Shown in pieces: positions 47,600-54,895 of a stretch of 64,000 nucleotides of DNA. Source of the DNA: Thermoanaerobaculia bacterium. Lineage in GTDB: Bacteria > Acidobacteriota > Thermoanaerobaculia > Multivoradales > UBA5704. The DNA lies in NCBI GenBank assembly GCA_036376245.1, contig DASVAS010000072.1:12959-76958 (forward strand). Direction: 5' to 3'. Position numbers and translations under genes: made by a program. The notes beneath the pieces are model-generated. The model searched no databases and was not told where the DNA came from. It worked only from the letters and a program-made list of their open reading frames with translations. Numbering within the stretch: the first letter of the stretch is position 1; the number at the start of each line of letters is the position of its first letter.

Positions 47600-48060
47600 C
47601 TCCCGGGTCTTCAGACTTCCGGGGAGAGAAACGGAACGAGCCCCCCGGACGTCGCGGCATCAGGGTGGGACGCAAGACCGGCGGGGGAGACCGCGCTCCC
47701 TCGAGTCCGGAACGCTCTCCCCGACGCCCGGACCCTCTGGGCGAGCACCCGGAAGGCTCGTCCCCGCGCCCTGGACGTCCGTACCCGCCGCCGGAACGTT
47801 CTCCCCTGCGTCCGGAGGTCTCCACCAAAAACCCGGACGTCTTCAACAAGTAGGTGGAGGTCTCTACCTGTTGGGTGGAACGCTCTACCCACTGGAAAGA
47901 CGCTTCCGGCGAGTGGGTGGACGCCGCCACCCATTGGGTGGGCCGCTCCACCCAATGGGTGGAAGGCTCTACCTGTTCGGTAGAGCGCTCCAACGAGTGG
48001 GTGGCACCCTCTACCCACTGGTACGGACGATCCGGGAGCGCGAACGGACGTTCTCCCTTA
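47600..48060. repeat. repeat-dense non-coding region including a 24-bp dyad-repeat array (47851..48022)
   Basis: Direct repeats CCGGAACG(C/T)TCTCCCC(G/T)(A/G)CG(C/T)CCGGA at 47706 and 47790, with a third diverged copy at 48040; CCCGGACGTC..GGTGG at 47645 and 47831; six approximately 24-bp units GGTGGA.GCTCTACC(C/T)(A/G)(C/T)TGG, with CCACCCA(A/T)TGGGTGG cores that are perfect palindromes. Confidence 0.65.
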
Positions 48061-48163
48061 TGCTCTTCCTATCCGGGGCCGCCGAATGCACGCATTCCCG
48101 CTCCGTGGATATCGGCCACCCGGTAAATTGACCGCCATGCGACGATCCCCATATACTTCCTCC

Positions 48164-49051
48164 ATGGCCGAGCCCCTGCGCAACACGCCGGCCGACTGGG
48201 AGAGCGAACCGACCTCGTCTCCCGGCGCCGATCCCTTCCCCTACGGATGGCGGATCCGGCACGTCCGCCTGCCTAGCGGCGAAGTCGCAGAGCAGCAGAT
48301 CCCGCTGACGCCGGAGGACCTTCTCGACCCTCAACTGGGAGACGTCGTGGTCCAGAGCGTAGATCACTATTGGGAGGCGCATGACGTGGCGGGTCCCCTC
48401 CGGGATCACTATGCCTCGCGGGAGGACGTCCTGGTCGCCAGCGACGTGAAGCTGCTCTGGGGGATTCAGGATCTTAAGGAGCCGGCGCCGGACGTCGCGG
48501 TCATCTTCGGAATCCGCGACAAAAAGGCGGAGCGGGAAAGCTTCAATTGCGTCGCTGAGGGTACCCGTCCCAGCCTTGTCATCGAGGTGGTCTCCTCCAA
48601 GGACGCGGAGGTGCGCCGCAATGACTACGTGGACAAGGTCAGGATCTACGAGCAGGCGGGGGTCCCCGAGTACATCATCCTCGACCCGCCGTCGCGACTG
48701 ACGAAGAATCGCTTCCTGCTGACCGGCTATCGTCTGGAGGTCGGCGGGAAATACCAGCCGATCCAGCCCGACCCGAAAGGCTTCCTCCTCTCCAAAACCA
48801 CCAACCTCCTCTTCGGCGCGGCCGAGGATGGCCAGACGCTTCAGGTGATCGACGCGGCTACCGGGGAACGGCTGTTGACTTCTCTTGAGGTGAAAGAGGC
48901 TCAGCAACGGGAGGCAGAGGCCCGAAAGCAGGCGGAAGAGCGAGCCGCGCAGGAAACCGCTCGTCGAAAGGAAGCGGAGGAGCGGGCCGAAGCCGCCGAA
49001 GCCGAGACCGCCCGCCTCCGGGCCGAGTTGGAGCGATACCGGGGGCAGTGA
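48164..49051 (+). CDS. Uma2 family (DUF820) PD-(D/E)xK endonuclease-like protein with C-terminal coiled coil
   Basis: PDVAVIFG ... PSLVIEVVSSKD ... YEQAGVPEYIILDP core; Glu/Ala/Arg-rich tail ending AETARLRAELERYRGQ; start at MAEPLRN (the track start 48086 is upstream). Confidence 0.65.
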   Translation: MAEPLRNTPADWESEPTSSPGADPFPYGWRIRHVRLPSGEVAEQQIPLTPEDLLDPQLGDVVVQSVDHYWEAHDVAGPLRDHYASREDVLVASDVKLLWGIQDLKEPAPDVAVIFGIRDKKAERESFNCVAEGTRPSLVIEVVSSKDAEVRRNDYVDKVRIYEQAGVPEYIILDPPSRLTKNRFLLTGYRLEVGGKYQPIQPDPKGFLLSKTTNLLFGAAEDGQTLQVIDAATGERLLTSLEVKEAQQREAEARKQAEERAAQETARRKEAEERAEAAEAETARLRAELERYRGQ

Positions 49052-49884
49052 TTCCTCCGATGGCAGCGTCTCCTCCCCGTGTCGATCCTTTTCGATTTGG
49101 ATGGCGTTATCGCTACGTCCCTCAACCCAACGGCGAAGTCATTCAAGAGCAGATCCCGCTGACGCCGGCGGATCTTCTCGATCCTCAACTGGGAGATGAG
49201 ATACCGCAGACCACACAGCACTACCGGAAAGTCCATGACCTTCAGGATCAACTCCGGACTCAATTTCGTGGTCGAAAAGATGCTCTGGTCGTCTCCGACC
49301 TGAAGATGCTTTGGCGGATTCCAGGTCTCGCCGAGCCCGCGCCCGACGTCGCCGTCATCTTCGGGATTCAAGACAGGGAGACGGATCGGGACAGTTTCGA
49401 TTGCATCCTCGAGGGGACTCGTCCCAGCCTCATCATTGAGGTCGTTGACTCTAGAGATCCAGAATTACGGCGCCATGACTACGAGCGGAAGGTCACGATC
49501 TACGAAAAGGTGGAGATCCCCGAGTACATCATCCTCGACCCGCCAACGCCGTCTACGAAAGGCCGTTGCCTCCTGACCGGCTATCGTCTTGGCGCCAACC
49601 AGAAATATCGGCCCATCCAGCCGGACGCGCAGGGATTTCTCCTGTCGGAAACCACGCAACTCCGGTTCGGCGTGGCTGAAGACGGTCGTAGCTTTCAGGT
49701 GATCGAGGCTGTGGCAGGAAAGCCTCTGCTCACGCTGCCGCAGATGGACGAGGCTCGGAAGCAAGCGGAAGAGCGAGCCGCGCAGGAAAAGGAGCGGGCC
49801 GAAAGGGAAGTCGAGGCCCGGAAGGCCGCCGAAGCCGAGATTGCTCGCCTCCGGGCCGAGTTGGAGCGGGCTCGGCGGGGGTAG
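49048..49884 (+). CDS. Uma2 family (DUF820) endonuclease-like protein, tandem paralogue
   Basis: GTG start overlapping the preceding stop (GTGA); the same PDVAVIFG / PSLIIEVVDSRD / YEKVEIPEYIILDP blocks and coiled-coil tail EIARLRAELERARRG. Confidence 0.65.
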   Translation: MIPPMAASPPRVDPFRFGWRYRYVPQPNGEVIQEQIPLTPADLLDPQLGDEIPQTTQHYRKVHDLQDQLRTQFRGRKDALVVSDLKMLWRIPGLAEPAPDVAVIFGIQDRETDRDSFDCILEGTRPSLIIEVVDSRDPELRRHDYERKVTIYEKVEIPEYIILDPPTPSTKGRCLLTGYRLGANQKYRPIQPDAQGFLLSETTQLRFGVAEDGRSFQVIEAVAGKPLLTLPQMDEARKQAEERAAQEKERAEREVEARKAAEAEIARLRAELERARRG

Positions 49885-49891
49885 CAGGTCT

Positions 49892-52309
49892 TTAGGATTC
49901 CTGTTCGCGGAGGCGGGCGCGGATGGCTTCGACGTAGGCGGCGTCCTTTTCCGCATCCAGGTGGCCGATCTCTCGCCTGAAATCAACAAAGACCTGCATC
50001 AGGTCCGCGGCACGCTGGAGATCTCCTTCCTCCTCATACCCAAGTCCTAAATTCCAATTGGCATTGGCCTCTCCTATTCTGTCTCCGATCTCGCGAGCGA
50101 TGGCGAGGTGCTGTTCGTAAAATTCGATGGCGCGGTGGGGCTCGCCGAGATCTGCGTAGGCGATACCCAGGTTGCCGAGAGCGTTGGCTTCTCCGAGCCG
50201 ATCTCCGATCTCGCGAGCGATGGCGAGTTGCTGTTCGCAGATCTCAATGGCACGGTGCGGCTCTCCCAGATTTTTATACGCGACTCCCATGTTGCCGAGG
50301 GTGTGTTCTTCTCCACGCCGGTCTACAATCTCACGTGCAATGGCAAGGTCATCCTCGTAAAACTCAATCGCACGACGCGGATCTCCAAGAAGCGCATGGC
50401 AGTTACCCAGATTGCCAAGGGTTTGTCCCTCAGTGCGCCGATCAGCACTTTCGCGAGCAAGATCAAGTACCTGTTCGTAGAGTTCAATAGCTCGGAGAGG
50501 TTGGCCAAGGTATGTGTAAGCAAGACCAAGACTGCCGAGATGTCTCATTTCTGCGGTCCGCTCACCCAACCGCCGGGCTGCCTCAAGAGCAGCCTCTCTC
50601 CAGATAATTTGCTCTCTAGGATGGAAGCGAGTATACAAAATATAGGTGCCCTCGACAGGATAACCACTACAAAGATACGCTGCCTCTTCAGAGACCGCAG
50701 AGTGCTTTACTGCCCAAGCTTGACCAGCCTGGATATTGCGCCGCTCAGCATCGAACATCCTTAAGCCTACAAGGATCTGCTCGCCTCCCTCCTCAAAGAG
50801 ATTGTCGGCGCGGGCAAGAACTCCCAAATAATGCTTCGCATGCTTAACCCGAGCCTCTTCCTGTTCGTTCTTTTCAAACAATACAACAGCAAACTCCCGA
50901 GCCAGATCATGCAGCCGGAATCTCCTATCGTTCGAATCCCATTCGACAAGGCTGTACCGATTCAGATCGTCCAACTCCTTCTGAGCTGAATCCTCATCCA
51001 ATTCCCAGATCGCCGCTGCAGCCGCCAAATCGAACGTGTCAGGGAAGACGCCCAGCCACCGCCAGAGCCTCCGCTGTTCCTCGTCCAAAAGGTCATAGCT
51101 CGTATGGAGGGAAGCATCCACTCCATCCAGCCGTTCCTTGCCTTCCTTCAATCGGCGAATGTAATCAGCAGGGGAGAGGGTAGGCCGCTCAGCGAGGGCA
51201 CTCCCTGCCAGACGCAGGGCCAAGGGGAGATAGCCACAGAGTTGGGCAATCTCGTCGGCGTCCGCTCCGATCCTTTCGTCGATCCGGAGAAGCAGATCGC
51301 GTGCTTCCTTCTGGGACATCTCGTCTAGATCTTTCGGGACAAACCCCGGTAGGGTGAAGTGGAATCTTGACGTCACCAGCAGCAGTGAGCCCGCAGGAGG
51401 GATCAGCGGCTCTACCTGCGCCCGGCCCTCTCGGGATGCGTTGTCCATAAGTAGGATTGTCCGCTTGCCGTGGAGCACTGAGCGATAGAGCCCTTCCAAC
51501 TGCATCGGATCCTCAGGAAGTTGCACCTCTGGGTGAAAGGACCGGATTACGTGAGCCATCGCCTGAGCAGGCGTCAACGGCTGGAGATCAACTCCTTTGA
51601 GATCGAGATAGATCTGGGCGTCCGGATATAGAGGCGTCAGCTCCTCGGCGAGTTTCAGCGCGAGGGTGGTCTTTCCGACCCCGCCCATACCGCGGAATCC
51701 GAAGATGGCTCCGGCTCCACCCTGGGTCAGCTTCTCTTTGAGGGAAGCGAGCTCTTCCTGGCGTCCCGTGAAGTCGCGCGGAGGAGGAGGGAGTTGGTGC
51801 AGGGCTTGAAGCGGGGAAGAGATGCCTGGCGAGATCGCGCTGTCCCGAGGCTTGGTATCCGCCTTGGGTGTTTCCTGGGTGAAATCGAGGATCTCTTCGC
51901 AGATGCGGGTTAGTTCGGAGTTGAGCTTGCCCTTGAATCGCTCCAGCGGACGGCCGTCTTTGGGGCGGACCTGTAAAGGAGACAGCCAGGAGATCTTCTG
52001 CCAAGCGCAAGCTTCAGCGATGACAGGGATGAATCGAAGACCGTCCTTGGCCTGACGTTCGAGGAGATACGGGACCTCCTCGTTGAGGATGAAGTCCGAG
52101 CTGAGGGAGTTCGAGGTGACCAGGAGAACAGCGGCGTCAGCCCGGTCCATGGCCTCCCGGATCTTCGAATGCCACTGATCTCCAGGGCCGATCTGCTCGT
52201 CATGCCAGGGATCGAGGAGGACCTCCTTCTGGAGCACTCGGAGATGGCGGACGAGGTGGTCCTTCCAGCGACCATCTTTGTGGCTGTAGCTGATGAAGAC
52301 GTTGGGCAT
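49892..52309 (-). CDS. TIR / NB-ARC / TPR STAND NTPase (plant-NLR-like architecture)
   Basis: N-terminal TIR (VFISYSHKD ... AAVLLVTSNSLSS..(F/W)); NB-ARC with P-loop GMGGVGKTTLA, LLLVTSR, GLPL-type CGYLPLALRLAG and MHD-like FRLHDLA; at least eight C-terminal TPR units (GNLG.AY..LGEP.RAIE.YEQ.LAIAREIGDR.GE). Codon usage is visibly more A/T-rich than in neighbouring genes. Confidence 0.8.
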   Translation of the reverse strand: MPNVFISYSHKDGRWKDHLVRHLRVLQKEVLLDPWHDEQIGPGDQWHSKIREAMDRADAAVLLVTSNSLSSDFILNEEVPYLLERQAKDGLRFIPVIAEACAWQKISWLSPLQVRPKDGRPLERFKGKLNSELTRICEEILDFTQETPKADTKPRDSAISPGISSPLQALHQLPPPPRDFTGRQEELASLKEKLTQGGAGAIFGFRGMGGVGKTTLALKLAEELTPLYPDAQIYLDLKGVDLQPLTPAQAMAHVIRSFHPEVQLPEDPMQLEGLYRSVLHGKRTILLMDNASREGRAQVEPLIPPAGSLLLVTSRFHFTLPGFVPKDLDEMSQKEARDLLLRIDERIGADADEIAQLCGYLPLALRLAGSALAERPTLSPADYIRRLKEGKERLDGVDASLHTSYDLLDEEQRRLWRWLGVFPDTFDLAAAAAIWELDEDSAQKELDDLNRYSLVEWDSNDRRFRLHDLAREFAVVLFEKNEQEEARVKHAKHYLGVLARADNLFEEGGEQILVGLRMFDAERRNIQAGQAWAVKHSAVSEEAAYLCSGYPVEGTYILYTRFHPREQIIWREAALEAARRLGERTAEMRHLGSLGLAYTYLGQPLRAIELYEQVLDLARESADRRTEGQTLGNLGNCHALLGDPRRAIEFYEDDLAIAREIVDRRGEEHTLGNMGVAYKNLGEPHRAIEICEQQLAIAREIGDRLGEANALGNLGIAYADLGEPHRAIEFYEQHLAIAREIGDRIGEANANWNLGLGYEEEGDLQRAADLMQVFVDFRREIGHLDAEKDAAYVEAIRARLREQES

Positions 52310-52397
52310 TGAAGAGGCATTTTAGCGGGTTACCGCTGCTGATGTCCCGCATGCATATCCCAACGGTGTGTCCGCCCCGCAGGGGCACGGGCGTAAA

Positions 52398-52560
52398 GCC
52401 TGGCGCTTTAGCGCCAGGAATTAAGACCCCAATTTTTCTAGAGTCCCGAAGGGACGCAGGTATGTCTCCTGCGTCCCTTCGGGACTTTGGTGTGTGGGTA
52501 ATCGGGGGACCTGGCGTTTAAAACGCCAGGCTCTATACCCTTGCCCCTTCGGGGCAGGTC
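52398..52560. other. cluster of four strong hairpins (two ~80-bp modules) between dinB-family 3' end and the TIR-STAND 5' region
   Basis: CCTGGCGCTTTAGCGCCAGG; AGTCCCGAAGGGACGCAGG-tatgtctc-CCTGCGTCCCTTCGGGACT (19-bp perfect stem); CCTGGCGTTTAAAACGCCAGG; CCTTGCCCCTTCGGGGCAGG. Confidence 0.6.
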
Positions 52561-52655
52561 CCCCGCCCAACAAATTGGTTTGTGGCCGGCGGGACGCCGG
52601 CGGTCCCAGGGGGCGTGCTCCGGGGCGCAGAGGCGGCCCCGGAGCGCCCATGATC

Positions 52656-53150
52656 CTAGAAGACCTGCTCGTCCGCCGTGGGGCCGTAGACGCTCGGCAC
52701 AGGGATGTCGTTCAGGCGCAGGTACACGGAGAGCTGGCCGCGGTGGTGGATGATGTGGTTGAAGACCATCGTGCGCACCACGGCGGCCTTGGGCAGGGTG
52801 AAGACCTCGCGGTCCCCCTTGCGGAGGGTCCACGGCTTCTTGAAGTCCTCATCGCTGGCATTGGCCAGGGCGGCGCGGGTGGCGGCGACGTTCTTGTCGA
52901 ACATGTCCAGGAGCTCCTGCGTGGACTCCACCTGCGGCGGAGTGAAGGGTCCCCCAATATCCAACTCGTCCTGCCCCATGATCGTGGTGCCCCAGCCGGC
53001 CAACTGGGCGACGTGCGTCGCCAGGGTGCCGAAGGGGAAGGACTTGTCGTGCGGCTTCCAGCCGAACTTTCCGGCGTCTACCCGCTCGAGGACCCGGCGG
53101 GTGGTCTTCATCTCCTGGTCGAACTCAGGCAGCAGGGACTGGCTGATCAT
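52656..53150 (-). CDS. DinB/YfiT-like (DinB_2) family protein
   Basis: 164 aa; four-helix-bundle DinB_2 pattern with conserved His (HVAQLAGW ... HIIHHRGQL). Confidence 0.7.
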   Translation of the reverse strand: MISQSLLPEFDQEMKTTRRVLERVDAGKFGWKPHDKSFPFGTLATHVAQLAGWGTTIMGQDELDIGGPFTPPQVESTQELLDMFDKNVAATRAALANASDEDFKKPWTLRKGDREVFTLPKAAVVRTMVFNHIIHHRGQLSVYLRLNDIPVPSVYGPTADEQVF

Positions 53151-53176
53151 TCATGTACCTCCTTGGAATCTAAGGA

Positions 53177-53731
53177 TCAGGGGTTGTCGAAGAGGGAAGG
53201 CTGGTCCCCCTCGGCGCCGGCGTAGAGGAGCCGGCCGCCGGGGAGGACGCGGGCGTTGGAATCGAGCTCGTGGGGATCGGCGCGGCCGGGGGCCAGGATG
53301 TGGAGGACTTCGACGCCCCGCGCCACCAGGGCGTCCGAGATCAGCCGCCGGTGGCAGCGCCAGGGAACCGCCTCGGCGCAGAGGATGGCCACGACTTCCC
53401 GGCCGGCGCGCTCCATCAGCCGCTCCAGGGCGGCGGCGAACGCGGGGGTCTCCATGTGGTCGGCGTAGCCCCGGAAGGCTTCGACCCTCCAGGCCGTGTG
53501 CGGAGAGCCGGGACGGACGGCGCGGCGGCCGCCAAGGTCCGGCTCGTGCATATAGTGAATGCCGGCCTCGGCCAGGGAGGCGGCCAGGGAGTCCCGGGAG
53601 AACTGCGGGTGCCGGCGCGACATGGGATACCGCCGGACGTCCACCAGGACCTGAACGCCATGCTCGCGCAGGAGGTCCAGGAGCTCCTCGATGGAGCGGG
53701 TGGAGTGGCCGAGGGTGAAGACGGGAGGCAT
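53177..53731 (-). CDS. DUF488 family protein
   Basis: MPPVFTLGHSTRS..EELLDLLREHGVQVLVDVRRYPMSRRHPQF ... LGG matches the DUF488 N-terminal signature; start at the internal ATG 53731. Confidence 0.7.
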   Translation of the reverse strand: MPPVFTLGHSTRSIEELLDLLREHGVQVLVDVRRYPMSRRHPQFSRDSLAASLAEAGIHYMHEPDLGGRRAVRPGSPHTAWRVEAFRGYADHMETPAFAAALERLMERAGREVVAILCAEAVPWRCHRRLISDALVARGVEVLHILAPGRADPHELDSNARVLPGGRLLYAGAEGDQPSLFDNP

Positions 53732-53819
53732 GGGGCTACTATATCCTTGCCCACCGGGCGGGCCGGAAGTGGAAGAAAACAAGCGGGATCAGGGTTTTTT
53801 CACCGGGGGAGAGTCCGGA

Positions 53820-54566
53820 TTGCTGCTGAGAGTCATTACCTACAACATCCATCGGGCGATCGGAGTGGATCGCCGCTTTCGTCCGGAGCGGATCGCCGCG
53901 ATCCTCCGGCACTATGACGCCGACCTCGTCCTGCTCCAGGAGGTGGACGAGGGCGCGCCGCGTTCGCGCGAGCTGAATCTCGCCAAGGAGCTGGCGGAGA
54001 TGGCGGGGTACCCGTACTTCGCCCTGGGCCACAACGTCAGCCTCAAGAAGGGCTGGTACGGCAACGCCACGCTGAGCCGGCTGCCGATCCTGCGGGAGCG
54101 GAACATCGACCTTTCCTTGCGCGAGAGCTGGATCCGCCGCGGCTGCCAGCACACCACGCTGGGCCTGAACGGGAAGGGGCACATGGAGGTCTTCAACCTC
54201 CATCTGGGGCTCTCGGCGCGGGAGCGGAACAAGCAGGTCGAGCTGCTGAGCCGTTCTCACGAGTTCAGCGCGGCGCTGGACGGCGCGCCCGTGCTGGTGG
54301 GCGGCGACTTCAACGACTGGCGCTCGCTGCTCCTGCCGGTCTTCACCGACGGCCTAGGCTTCGGCTGCGCCACGGAACGCAAGCGCGGCCCCTACCGCTG
54401 CATCCCTACCTATCCCTCCTTCTCCCCTCAGGGCGGCCTCGACCGTCTGTATCACCGCGGTCCGCTCGAGCTGGTGTCGGTGCACGCCTGCCGGATGCAG
54501 GTGGCGCGGGTGGCGAGCGATCACCTGCCGGTGGTGGCGGAGTTTCGGGTGAAGGCCGGCTCCTGA
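53820..54566 (+). CDS. endonuclease/exonuclease/phosphatase (EEP) family protein
   Basis: ITYNIHRAIG ... LVLLQEVD ... GGDFND ... SDHLPVVAEF catalytic blocks. Probable TTG start at 53820 after GGGGGAGAG; an alternative ATG at 53730 would overlap DUF488. Confidence 0.6.
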   Translation: MLLRVITYNIHRAIGVDRRFRPERIAAILRHYDADLVLLQEVDEGAPRSRELNLAKELAEMAGYPYFALGHNVSLKKGWYGNATLSRLPILRERNIDLSLRESWIRRGCQHTTLGLNGKGHMEVFNLHLGLSARERNKQVELLSRSHEFSAALDGAPVLVGGDFNDWRSLLLPVFTDGLGFGCATERKRGPYRCIPTYPSFSPQGGLDRLYHRGPLELVSVHACRMQVARVASDHLPVVAEFRVKAGS

Positions 54567-54569
54567 GCC

Positions 54570-54800
54570 CTCCCGGCCTTCCGGCCGGGCCCTCACTCCC
54601 CGGCCCTCTCTCCCGACCCCTCCCTCCCACCCACACCGGGAGAGAGGGAGAGGTTAGCCAAAAGAAGCCAGAAACAGACAGCCAAGGCCCCTCCGGTCTT
54701 TTTGCTTTTTTGACTAACTTCTCCTCCTCTCCCGGTGAGGGTGGGAGGGAGGGGTCGGGAGAGGAGGCCGGGTGGTGAGGGCCCGGCCGGAAGGCCGGGA
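54570..54800. repeat. ~230-bp GC-rich inverted-repeat element: ~75-bp arms (about 95% complementary) around an AT-richer 75-bp core
   Basis: Left arm CCCGGCCTTCCGGCCGGGCCCTCACTCCCCGGCCCTCTCTCCCGACCCCTCCCTCCCACCCACACCGGGAGAGAGG; the right arm is its near-exact reverse complement. The core contains GGCCCCTCCGGTCTTTTTGCTTTTTTG. It is related in motif content (CTCTCCCGG/CCGGGAGAG) to the MITE-like family. Confidence 0.65.
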
Positions 54801-54895
54801 AAGGGTTGGGCAGGGCCAGCGTTCAGGTTATGCTTCCCAGGTTCCCGCGAACCGCATTAATCCTGCTGTATTGTAGTGTTTAGGGGAGAAACCCA

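Noticed and set aside
47562-48131. Small ORFs in the repeat region (47562..47993-, 47583..48131+, 47611..48018-, 47665..47853+, 47854..48126+)
   Set aside because: They are all mutually overlapping in five frames and arise from symmetric DNA repeats (WV..STHW, GGTLYPL and similar). There is no RBS. I treat the region as non-coding but flag it for a coding test.
50074-52320. ORFs 50108..50764(+), 50074..50316(-), 51588..52010(-), 51910..52320(-) and others inside the STAND gene
   Set aside because: Internal alternative-frame ORFs of the TIR/NB-ARC/TPR gene.
52438-54636. ORFs 52438..52833(-), 52494..53225(+), 52705..53718(+), 53270..53917(+), 53739..54260(-), 54354..54636(-)
   Set aside because: These overlap the DinB_2, DUF488 and EEP genes or the hairpin and palindrome elements, and no motif support was found.
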